Under the pieces are notes generated by a model, which was not told the DNA's origin, did not search any database, and saw only the letters and a program-made list of their open reading frames with translations. A stretch of 64,000 bases of DNA from the human T2T-CHM13v2.0 reference genome, Homo sapiens: assembly GCF_009914755.1 (NCBI RefSeq), contig NC_060930.1. One strand, 5' to 3'. Position numbers and translations under genes: made by a program. Every line of letters begins with the position of its first letter. Position 1 is the stretch's first letter. Positions 38,724 through 51,550 of the stretch are shown one piece after another.

Positions 38724-41700
38724 TCAACTCCCACTTATGAGTGAGAACACGTGGTGTTTGGGTTTCTGTTCCCGTGTTAGTTTGCTGAGGATGATGGCTT
38801 CCAGCTTTACCCATGTCCCTGCAAAGGACATGATCTCATTCCTTTTTATGACTGCATAGCATTCCATGGTGTATATGTGCCACTTTTTCTTTATCCAGTC
38901 TATCACTGATGGGTATTTGGGTTGGTTCCATGTCTTTGCTATTGTAAATAGTGCTGCAATAAACATACGTGTGCATGTATCTTTATAGTAGAATGATTTA
39001 TATTCCTTTGGGTATATACCCAGTAATGGGATGGCTGGGTCAAATGGTATTTCTGGTTCTAGATCCTTGAGGAATCACACTGACTTCCACAATGGTTGAT
39101 CTAATTCACATTCCCACCAACAGTGTAAAAGCGTTCCTATTTTTCCACAGCCTTGCCATCATCTGTTGTTTCTTGACATTTTAATAATTGCCATTCTGAC
39201 TGATGTGAGATGGTATCTCACTGTGGTTTTGATTTGCATTTCTCTAACCATCAGTGATGTTGACCTTTTTTTCATATGTTTGTTGGCTGCATAAATGCCT
39301 TCTTTTGCGAAGTGTCTGTTCATATCCTTTGCCCACTTTTTGATGGGGTTTTTTTTTTTCTTGTAAATTTGTTTAAGTTCCTTGTAGATTCTGGATATTA
39401 GACCTTTGTCAGATGGGTAGATTGCAAATATTTTCTCCCATTCTGTAGGTTGCCTGCTCACTCTGATGATAGTTTCTTTTGCTCTGCAGGAGCTCTTTAG
39501 TTTAATTAGATCTCATTTGTCAATTTTAGCTTTTGTTGGAATTGCTTTTGGCTTTGTTGTGATGAAATCTTTACCCATGTCTATGTCCTGAATAGTATTG
39601 CCTAGGTTTTCATCTAGGGTTTTTATGATTTTGGATTTTACATTTAAGTCTTCAATCCATCTTGAGTTAATTTTTGTATAATGTATGAGGAAGGGGAGTC
39701 CAGTTTCAGTTTTCTGCATATGGCTAGCCAGTTTTCCCAGCACCATTTATGAAATAGGGAATGCTTTCCCCATTGCTTGTTTTTGTCAGGTTTGTTGAAG
39801 ATCAGTTGGCTGTAGATGTGTAGTGCTATTTCTGAGGTCTCTGTTCTGTTTCATTGGTCTATATGTTTGTTTTGGTACTAGTAACATGCTGTTTTGGTTA
39901 CTGTAGCCTTGTAGTATAGTTTGAAGTCAGGTAGTGTGATGCCTCCAGCTTTGTTCTTTCTGCTTAGGATTGTCTTGACTATATGGGCTCTGTTTTGGTT
40001 CCATATGAAATTTAAAGTAGTTTTTTCTAATTCTCTGAACAATGTCAATGATAGTTTAACAAGAATAGCATTGAATGTATAAATCACTTTGGGCAGTATG
40101 GCCATTTTCATGATATTTATTCTTCCTATCCATGAAGATAGATTTTTTTTCCATTTGTTTGTGTCCTCTCTTATTTCGTTGAGCAGTGGTTTGTAGTTCT
40201 CCTTGAAAAGGTCCTTCACTCCCCTTGTTAGGAGTATTCCTAGGAATTTTATTCTCTTTGTAGCAATTGTTAACGGGAGTTCATTCATGATTTGGCTCTC
40301 TCCTTGTCTATTGTTGGTGTATAGAAATGCTTGTCATTTTTGCACATTGATTTTGTATCCTGAGACTTTGCTGAAGTTGCTTATCAGCTTAAGGAGTTTT
40401 GGGGCTGAAATGATGAGGTTTTCTAAATATAGAATCATATCATCTGCAAACAGAGACAATTTGATTTCCTGTCTTCCTATTTGAATACACTTTATTTCTT
40501 TCTCTTGCCTGATTTCCCTGGCCAGAACTTCCAATACTATGTTGAATAGCAGTGGTGAGAGAGGGTATCCTTGCCTTGTGCCGGTTTTCAAAGGGAATGG
40601 TTCCAGCTTTTGCCCATTTGATATGATATTGGCTGTGGTTTGTCATAAATAGTTCTTATTATTTTGAGATATATTCCATCAATACCTAGTTTATTGAGAG
40701 TTTTTAACATGAAGGGATGTTGAATTTTATTGAAGGCCATTTCTGCGTCTATTGAGATAATCGTGGAGTTTTTGTCATTAGTTCTGTTTATATGAAGGAT
40801 TAGGTTTATTGATTGGTATATTTGAACCAGCCTTGCATCCCAGGGATGAAGCTGACTTAATCGTGGTGGATAAGCTTTTTGATGTGCTGCTGGATTCAGT
40901 TTTTCATTATTTTATTGAGGATTTTTACATTGATGTTCATCAGGGATATTGGCGTGAAGTTTCTTTTTTTGTTGTGTCTCTGCCAGGTTTTGGTATCAGG
41001 ATGATGCCAGCCTCATAAAATGGGTTAGGGATGAGTCCCTTCTTTTCAATTGTTAATGGTTTCAGTAGAAATGGTACCATCTCCTCTTTTTACCTTTGGT
41101 AGAATTCAGCTGTGAATCTGTCTGTTCCTGGGCTTTTCTGGTTGGTAGGCTATTAATTACTGCCTCAATTTCAGAACTTGTTATTGGCCTATTAAGGGAT
41201 TCAACTTCTTCCTGGTTCAGTCTTGGGAGGGTGTATGTGTCCAGGAATTTATCCATTTCTTCTAGATTTCCTAGTTTATTTGTGTAGAGGTGTTTATAGT
41301 ATTCTCTGATGGTAATTTGTATTTATGTGGGGTCAGTGGTGATATCCCCTTTATCATTTTTTATTGTGTCTATTTGATTCTTCTCTTTCTTCTTCTTTGT
41401 TAGTCTAGCTAGTGGTCTATCTATTTTGTTAATTTTTTCAAAAAGCCACTCTTGGATTCATTGGTTTTTTTGAAGGGTTTTTGTTTGTTTGTTTGTTTCT
41501 ATCTCCTTCAGTTCTGCTCTGCTCTTAGTTATTTCTTGTCTTCTGCCAGCTTTTGGATTTGTTTGCTCTTGCTTCTCTAATTCTTTCAATTGTGATGTTA
41601 GGATGTCAGTTTGAGATCTTTCTAGCTTTCTGATATGGTCATTTAGTGCTATAAATTTCTCTCTTAACCCAGCTTTAGCTGTGTCCCAGAGATTCTGGCA

Positions 41701-42540
41701 CGTTTTCTCTTTATTCTTATTGGTTTCAAAGAATTTTCTGATTTCTGCCTTAATTTCATTATTTACCCACGAGTCATTCAGGAGCAGGTTGTTCAATTTC
41801 CATGTAGTTGTGTCGTTTTGAGTGAGGTTCTTAACAGGACTGTTTGAGTGAGGTCCTCTCACTTTTGTGATTTCAGTATTTTTGCATTTGCTGGGGAGTG
41901 TTTTCCTTCCAATTACGCGGTCAATTTTAGAATAAGTGCCATGTGGCACTGAGAAGAATGTATATTCTGTTGATTTGGGGTGGAGAGTTCTGTAGATATC
42001 TCTCAGGTCCACTTGATGCAGAGCTGAGATCAAGTCCTGAATATCCTTGTTAGTTTTCTGTCCCGTTGATTTGTCTAATATTGACGGTGGGGTGTTAAAG
42101 TCTCCCACTCTTATTGTATGGGAGTCTAAGTCTCTTTGTAGGTCTCTGAGAATTTATTTTATGGATCTGGGTGCTCCTGTATTGGGTGCATATGTATTTA
42201 GGATGGTTAGCTCTTCCTGTTGCATTGATCCCTTGACCGTTATGTAATGCCCTTCTTTGTCTTTTTTGATCTTTGTTGGTTTAAAGACTGTTTTATCAGA
42301 GACTAGAATTGCAACCTCTGCTTTTTTTTTTGCTTTTCATTTACTTGGTAAATTTTCCTCCATCTGTTTATTTTGAGCCTAGGTATGTCTTTGCATGTGA
42401 GATGGGTTTCTTGAATACAGCACACTAATGGGTCTTGAACTCTTTATCCAGTTTACCAGTCTGAGTCTTTCAAATGGGCCATTTAGCCCATTTATATTTA
42501 AGGTTAATATTGTTATGTGTAAATTTGATCCTGTTCTCAT
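38724..42540 (-). pseudogene. Disrupted L1 ORF2 (endonuclease/reverse transcriptase)
   Basis: MRTGSNLHITILTLN start, [34 protein letters not shown]; many frameshifts and stops. Confidence 0.9.
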
Positions 42541-43473
42541 GATGCTAGCTCGTTATTCTGCACACTAGTTGCTGTGATTTCTTCATAGTGTCATTGGGCT
42601 TTATATTTTAGTGTGTTTTTTTGCAATGGCTGGTACAAGTTTCTCCTTTCTGTGTTTAGTGCTTCTTTCAGGAGCTCTTGCAAGGCAGGCCTGGTGGTGA
42701 CGAAATCTCTCAGCATTTGCTTGTCTGAAAAGAATTTTATTTCTCCTTTGCTTCTGAAACTTGGTTTGGCTGGATAGGAAATTCTGAGTTGAAAATTCTT
42801 TTATTTAAGAATGTTGAATATTGGCCCTCAATCTGTTTTGGCTTCTAGGGTTTCTGCTGAGAGATCCGTGCTAGTGTTATGGGCTTCCCTTTGTAGGTGA
42901 CCTGGCCTTTCTCTCTGGCTGCCCTTAACATATTTTCCTTCATTTTGACTTTGGAGAATCTGATGACTATGTGTCTTGGGGTTGATCTTCTCATGGAGTA
43001 TCTTAGTGGTATTCTGTTTTTCCTGAAATTGATTGTTGGCCTGTCTTGCTAGGTTGCAGAAGTTCTCCTGGATAATATTCTGAAGTGTGTTTTCCAACTT
43101 GGTTCCATTCTCCCTGCCTCTTTCAGGTACTACAATCAATCACAGGTTCAGTCTTTTTACATAGTCCCATGTTTCTTAGAGATTTTGTTTATTCCTTTTC
43201 ATTCTTTTTTCTCTAATCTTGTCTGTCTGTCTTATTTCAACAAATGGTCTTCAATCTCTGATATTCTTTCTTCCACTTGATTGATTTGGCTATTGATACT
43301 TTTGTATGTTTCATAAAGTTCTCATGCTGTGTTTTTCAGCTCTATCAGGTCATTTATGTTCCTCTCTAAACTGGTTATTCTAGTTAGCAGCTCCTGCAAC
43401 CTTTTATCAAGGTTCTTAGCTTCTTTCTTTGGATTAAAACATGCTCCTTTACCTCAGTGAAGTTTGTTGTTAG

Positions 43474-43927
<454 letters not shown>

Positions 43928-46800
43928 TCACTGATTCTTTCTCATCTTCATGAGTTTGTCTAGTTTCAGTCTTTGAGGCTGCTGACCCTTGGATGAGGTT
44001 TTTGTGGGAACATTTTTTTTGGTTGATGCTGTTGTTTTGCTTTCTGTTTGTTTGTTTTTCTTCCAATAGTCAGGTCCCTCTTCTGTAGGGCTGCTGTGGC
44101 TTCCTGGGGTTCATTTCAGGCCCTATTCATCTGGTTCACTTCCATGCCTGGAGATGTCACTTGAGGAGGCTGGAGGACAGCAAAGATGGGTGCCTGCTCC
44201 TTCCTCTGGGATCTCTGACCTCAAAGGGCACTGACCTGATTCCAGTAGGAATGCTCCTGTACAGGGTGTCTGACAACCCTTGTTGGAGGGTCTCACTCAG
44301 TTAGGTGGTATGGAATGCAGGACCCAATTAATGAAGCACTTTGGCTGTCCCTTGGTAGGGGGCTGGTGTGCTGCCATGTGGGGGAAACCCACTCATCTGG
44401 GCTTCCTGTATTCCTCAGAACTAGCAGGAGGAAACACTAAGTCTGCTGGTTCATGGAGACTATGGCCACCCCTCCTGCTAGGGGCTTAGGCCCAGGGAGA
44501 TTACGGTTCTGTCCCTGAGCCCCTGGCTGGAGTTGTTGGAGTTCCTGCAGTGAGGCCCCACCCAGTGAGGAGGGATGGGTCAGGGTCAGACCTGAAGAGG
44601 CACTCTGGCTGTAGTCTGCCACAGCCGGTGTGTTGGGCTGTGGGGGATACCTCTTGGGACCAAGCCATCCAGCCTCCCTGGCTCCAGCAGGGGAAAAGCA
44701 TGACCTGGAGCTATGGAGATGGCTGCTGCCCTTCCCTTGCCCTGGGGGCTTAGTGTGTTAGGCAGCTAGCAGTCCCAGTGTTGGCTGCCATCCCTCCCTC
44801 AAGGAGCTCAAATGGCTTAGACAGCGGGAAGCCGCAGCTGTGGTGCTGGCCGCCCCTTCCCCCAATAACTCTGCAGGCTTAGGCAGATTCTAGCTGAGTG
44901 GCTGTTGAAAATCTATGTGGCTTCATGGTTGGGACCCTAGACCTGGGTGGCATGGGCTCATGAGTGGGATCTTCCATTGCACAGTTCCATGGGAAAAGCA
45001 TGGTTTCCCAGGCTGAGTAGCATGCTTGCTCACTGCCTTCTTGGCTGGTGGGTGGGGGCTCCCCTGACCCTTGTGGGTCTCAGGTAGGCCGCAGAACCAC
45101 ACTGCTCTTCCTTTCTCTTGGTGGGTCATGCCAGCCGCCTAGTCAGTGCTGATGACAGAACCTGGATACCTCGGTTGCCAGCACAGGATTTGCAGGCTGT
45201 TTTGTTTCTTTTTGATGCAAGCCTCCGATTGTGGCTGCTTCTAGTCATCCATCTTGGGCGTGCCCCCCAGTTGCCTTTCCAGACCTGTGTAGGGCAGAGC
45301 CTTTGGGTTTATGTATAGAAAGAATGCAAATGCAAAACATTAAATTTCAAGCCAGTAGATAATGGTTCTCAATCCTTTTAACTGGATGCCCCAGCAGATC
45401 ACAGAACAGCAACATGAGTTCTAGAACAAATGCAAAAGGTGCTCTGGTAGAGGACTTCCTGCCAGAACAAGTTTTCAATGACAAATATGACCTGTTTTGG
45501 ATAAGACGTATTCTAGACTTTTATTTACTCTGCTTTTAAGTATTATATATATTTAGCCCTTAATTTTTTGTTCCTGTCAAACCTTTTATTTTCCACGAAG
45601 AAGTATTGTCAACCAACCATTCTGCCAGCCCCAGAACTTTTCACATGCAACTTTTTCTCCCCATGGTTGGCAAGGGATCACTGTAATTATTTCAGGCATG
45701 AAAATAAGCATTTATACACTTACTTTTCATTACCTTAAGAAAAACTGAACAAGTAACTGGAAGCATTTTAATAAGTGTGGCAGGGCAAGGTATTAATAAT
45801 TTACAGGAGCAATATCCCTGTACACAATCCCTTCCTCGCCCCATTGGAGTAGTCTTATCAGAAAAAAGAAAAAATAATAAGAGCTGATTATTCCCATGGA
45901 AGATTGTCCTGAGGGCATTTGTAAAGGTAAAACTTTGAAGCTGCAGTCTTGGCACCTGTAGTTGAGAAGATGTCTCACTGAAGGGACCTGGGACAGACCC
46001 ATCTCTGATTCTCTATGGGCTGCTATGTTACCAGTTCTCAAAGATGGGGGAAGAGAATTGTGCTCAGGCTGAGTTCTGCACTCAAATGAGGAACGGTAAG
46101 ATGGCAACCACAATGGAATAAGAACCTGCCCTCCCCCACCCTTTTTCTCTGGACCTTGTCAGCCCTAGGATCCTTGTAAAGTCCCTCCCTTGAAGGGAGT
46201 GGAAGTAAGTATGTACCAATGACTGATATTGATCAGCTGCTTTCCTACCTAGGTGAGCAAGGGCTCAGATTGCAGAGTAATTTGATATAGAAAACTAAAT
46301 TGAACAATTCTAGCACCTTGTGTTATGCAGGAACTTATTCATGTTATATATGATGATGGATATTGCCTACCATTTTTTAATAAAATTGATTTCCACAAGA
46401 CCTGTTTTTTTGGGGGGTTGGGTAGGGGGGCTTGATTTTTCCTACAGGAAGATGAGTCTTTCCCTGGATCAAGTGTGGGAGAAAGAGGGGAAGACCGTGG
46501 AACTGGTTCTGAGCAAAAGTGTAAGTTACACTATTATGGAAAAGATCTATGCACATTTTGAAACTCGAAGGTTTTCCAGAATTATTGAGTTTATACAAAT
46601 TCTGTTTTTAAGGCTGAATTAGCAGCTATCAGAATCCATTACAATTTTTTTGTTTTCTTTTTCTTTTTCTTTTTTTCTATAATAGAATAGGCTTGCTGTT
46701 GAGGAAATGTGTGAAAATACCAGTGGGGGAGCAGATTTTTCTAACTGATTAAAATATGTGGAGCTGCTGCAATGATTTCCTCTGTGTTTCCTTTGGCTAC

Positions 46801-46863
46801 AGATAATACCACAAAGCTAACTCAGTGACGCACATGGCCAGCTGATAACAGCTGACACATGTG
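46801..46863. promoter_or_regulatory. Dense GATA/RUNX/CRE-half/E-box motif cluster (candidate enhancer)
   Basis: AGATAA, ACCACA, TGACG, CACATG, CAGCTG, TGATAA, CAGCTG, CACATGTG within 63 bp of non-repeat DNA. Confidence 0.4.
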
Positions 46864-47169
46864 AATCGAAAGCCAAGTGTGTATTATCAGAAAGTGAGTT
46901 AAAAACCCATAAAACTCCCCACTGTCTGACTTGAAAACATTCCTCTTGAAATTTTAATGACATGGTAGGTAATATTTTTAATTCTGCGTGCTAAAACACT
47001 TCCAGTGAAATCTGAGAGTAAAAGCATGTCCCTTTAATCAATATGAGCTAGATATACAACCTAAGTATTAATATATTCCTGCAATAGCAGGATTCCTGAG
47101 AATTGCGTAAAATTGGTATCATTCATTAGGATGTACAACTAAATATTGGACGATCTTGATTTGCCTTTT

Positions 47170-47735
47170 AAAATTTAATTTTAATATTGTAATCAAACAT
47201 TGACAAAGTTAAAAAACTCCAACAGTACCATAGCTTTAAAAAGAAAACCAGCAGTCCTCTGCTAAAACCCTTCCCATCACAGATTCCTGTTCCCTGGAGA
47301 TACTTTCAATTATTGTAGTCGTTATGTTTATTGTTTACTGTAATATTTTAAAATAATCTTATACTATTATTTCTTCAATTTTAATTCATAAAAATTATCT
47401 AATGACTTCATATTACTGAAGATATGAATTTTGGTCTCTTCTACTGCCCACTTCTCTGTTCACACTTTCCTTTTCCTATCCTTCCAATGCGACTTTTGAT
47501 GAAATCAGTTTGGTACATTTTTCTTGGTTAAATTCCCTGCTTATTATGATTATTTAAACATAATTCACCACTGAGCCATAGTGAATTATGATCCTATTTC
47601 TTTCTTATACAGCTTTTCATTTTTCATACTAATTGCTTTTTGTCAAGTTTAGTCTTCTATGCAGCCATCATTAATTTATTCCCAAACTTCCCACAGGACT
47701 TCAGATCTTCTCTCATCTCTCAATATGTTAAAATA
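47170..47735 (-). mobile_element. Old L1M remnant
   Basis: Degenerate T-rich L1ME-like sequence. Confidence 0.4.
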
Positions 47736-47756
47736 CACCTAAAAGTTAAATAAAAA

Positions 47757-47896
47757 AATAAGCTAATAGGTACTAGGCTTAATACCTGTGTGACAAAATA
47801 ATCTGCACAAGAAACCCCTATGACACAAGTTTAGCTACATAACAAATCTGCACATGTACCCCTGAACTTAGAATAAAAGTTAACTAAAAAAAAAAA
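47757..47896 (+). mobile_element. Short L1PA (13-16-like) 3' end
   Basis: GGTACTAGGCTTAATACCTG...TGCACATGTACCCCTGAACTTAGAATAAAAGTTAA + A-tail. Confidence 0.88.
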
Positions 47897-47906
47897 GTCC
47901 ACCAAA

Positions 47907-48330
47907 TGTGGGCCATGAAGATGCGCAGCCCAGATCTCCTTACAGAGTCTGCTATAGGACACATGGGGATTGCCTTCAGTTGCTGCTCCTACAGCTGCTT
48001 AGAACATGCTTCCCCTAGGTTGTTCTCGGCCAATGACTGAACATGGCTGGGGTATTAGGGCCTAGTCCTGTCCTAGTACCAATGAACAACTTTTGTGTGG
48101 GACTCCCCTCTCCACTGGCCTGGCTACAACTTTCTCAGAACTGTGCTGTGGTCTGGGGCTTTTCTACCCAATCCTCCCTTCCCTCTCCTTTCAAAAGGTC
48201 ATATCTGCAAACAGTTATCCCTGCCTAATCCTGGTCTGGCCCCCTTTATCCTTCACAGACATTCCCCCCAGTAAATTTCTTGCACATCCAATCTCATCTT
48301 GGCACCTGCTTCTCAAAACGGGGCCCTGAG
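47907..48330 (+). mobile_element. LTR16-type ERVL LTR
   Basis: TGTGGGCCATGAAGATGCGC...GGCCAATGACTG...TAAATTTCTTGCAC...CATCTTGGCACCTGCTTCTC. Confidence 0.75.
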
Positions 48331-48769
48331 AGGAGTCTGAGAAAGCAGGCTCTAAGATGGACATGTGGATTGGCTTACTCTTTGCCCTGATGGTGGTAAG
48401 GAGGACCCCATCCTGAGAGTAATATGAGGTCAATGGAACCTGGTACAGTTGGAGGCTCAATTACTTAAATCTCACTTGTGGTGATTTGGGAAAACAGCCA
48501 GAGGGCTGATGATTGCTAAGTTATATTGATGTCCTACAAAGGATAATGAAAAACTGAGAGTGATTAACAAATAGTGAAAGGCTAAATGTAAGTGCCAGAG
48601 GGACTGTTGGTAGTTCACAAATAGGTCCTTATCTTCCACAGTAGAAGAACATACACAGCTGAGAAGCAGACATGGGATTTTATAGTTAAAGTCACAAAGC
48701 CTCAGAAACATTTAAATGCTCAGCTGAGGCAGGTTCTGGAACCCTGACACATGCGATAGAGACATCTAG

Positions 48770-49077
<308 letters not shown>

Positions 49078-49379
49078 AAGGGTCTTGACACTACAGATCC
49101 CCTGAACCCTCAGAGCTTACGGAGACATCTCCTTTTTCCATAGCAAGGGCTACTGCTTCCTCTAATTGGAAGATGCTGGAGAGGCCTCTTCCCAATCAGG
49201 CAAGCGCCGCCTCAGGAATGCCTCCATTCCTGAGGGTCAAATCCCAGTGCAGCTTCATGGGGAATGTGCTGGGCCTGGTAAGAAAGGAAAGAAACCATGT
49301 ACTAAAGGAACAGCAGGAACTAGTTAGCATGAACTAGCAGAAGCCAGGGGAGTATATTAGTGATTGGATTTTGAGGAGG

Positions 49380-49744
49380 TGATATGGTTTGGCTCTGCGT
49401 CCCCATCAAAATCTCATCTTGTAGCTCCTATAATTTCCACATGTTGTTGGGGGGATCCGGTGGGAGACTATTGAATCATGGGGGTGGGTCTTTCCCATGC
49501 TGTTCTCATGATAGTGAATGGGTCTCACAAGATCTGATGGTTTGAAAAACAGGAGTTTCTCTGCACAAGCTCTCTTTGCCTGCCACCATCCATGTAAGAT
49601 GTGACTTGCTTCTTCTTGCCTTCCACCATGATTGTGAGGCCTTTCCAGCCACATGGAACTGTGAGTTCAAGTAAACCTCTTTCTTTTGTAAATTGCCCAG
49701 TCTCGGGCATGTCTATATCAGTAGCATGCAAATGAACTAATACA
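49380..49744 (+). mobile_element. THE1 MaLR solo LTR
   Basis: TGATATGGTTTGGCTCTG...GAACTAATACA; degenerate TSD GGAGG/AAAGG. Confidence 0.93.
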
Positions 49745-50880
49745 AAAGGCTTGATCAAGGGGACCGAGAAATGAAATTGTATAAGCAAAATTTATTGACT
49801 TGGGGGTACTTTCTTGGGACATAGGATCCTGGCAAGGACCCCAAGTGATGGAACAAACTTGTTGCCAGCATGGACCTTTGAAACCTGGAAAAAGCAATGG
49901 TCTGAATGAAGTGGAAATGCCAGACATCAGAAGAATTACAAAGGCTAAGGGAATCAGGCAAAGAGTGAAGACTTTAAATCAGATGTTAATGCCTACCAGA
50001 AAGCATACACCATGGAAGAGGCACTGAACAACTAAATTGACAAAATAACTTGGTCATTTGGCATTATCCAGTCTTCATGATTGGTCACTCTGGTACTAAT
50101 GGGAAAGGAATAATAACATAGTGGTCATCATGGTGGCAGAGATGAAAGATATACATGGGCCCAACAGTGGGAACTTTCCCACTTACCAAGGTCAATCTAC
50201 CTACTGCTGCCTCTGAACATCCAGTTTGTCATTAACCAAGATCAACACTGAGCCCTGATATGGCATTATTGCTCTAGGGGACCAAATAACCACTTGGTGG
50301 CAAACCAACCAAATTGGGTCTCTTATCTGGTGGATGGACCAGCAGTTCGTCCACTCTGGGACAGATACCTATTCTGGGTATGATTTCCTGCCCACTGAGA
50401 TTCAGCTAACACTGTTTTCTGGGGGCTTAAAGAATACTTGACTCATAGGCATGGAATCCTGTACAGCATAGCATCAGACAGGGGACTCACTTCACAGTGA
50501 TGTAGGTGTGGGAGTAGGGCTATGACATGGGATTCACTGATCCTATCACCTACTGCATCATTTAGAAGCAGCTGCTCCATAGAGGGTTGGGATGACTTTC
50601 TAAAGGCACAGTGAGAGTCCTAGTTAGGAGGCAATACTCTGTGAGGATGGTGTATCATTATTCAGGATGTAGTATATGCATTAGACTGGAGAACTTCATA
50701 TTGTATTGTGACCCCAGGAGGACGAATACATGGATCTGGGTACCAAGGAGGTGGAACCAGAAATAGCTCCATCCCAGTGATCTGCTGGGGGCCTTTGTAC
50801 TTTCCATCTTGCAACTTTGGGCTCTGCATGATTGAAAGTCTGTACTAGTTTGGGTTCTCTAGAGAAACAGAACCAATAGG

Positions 50881-50916
<36 letters not shown>

Positions 50917-50918
50917 CT

Positions 50919-50979
50919 TCCATTCCTGAGGGCCAAATCCCAGTACAGCTTCATGGGGAATGTGCTGGGCCTGGTAAGA
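50919..50979 (+). repeat. Direct local copy of 49223-49283 (59/61 identical)
   Basis: Manual alignment. Confidence 0.95.
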
Positions 50980-51419
50980 TGTGTGTGTGTATGTGTATTT
51001 TTATATATAATATATGTCCTATATATTTAGAAGTACATATATACTTCTTATATACTTATATATACTATTTATTTACTTATATATATAATCTTATGTTCTA
51101 TCTATTTAGAAGTATGTATATGTCCTATACATTTAGAAGTATATATTTTTATATACAATATATAGTCCTATATATTTACACTTTATATATACACATTATA
51201 TTAAATATATATACATTATATGGTACCTTCATATTAAATACATAAAGTATATGATATACTTCCTAATATATAGGACATATATTAAGAATATATGTTTTTA
51301 TATCTCTCTATATATTTATATGTATAGAGACATATCCTATATGTATATTCTTAGTATATATGTACTATATAAAGGACATATACAAATATATATGGTTTTT
51401 TTAATAAGTTTTTTTTATT

Positions 51420-51550
51420 TTTTAGTTGTATTTTAACATATTGAGAGATGAGAGAAGATCTGAAGTCCTGTGGGAAGTTTGGGAATAAATTAATGATGGC
51501 TGCATAGAAGACTAAACCTGACAAACAACAATTAGTATGAAAAATGAAAA
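51420..51550 (-). repeat. Inverted local copy of 47614-47744 (127/131 identical)
   Basis: Manual alignment to the reverse complement. Confidence 0.95.
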
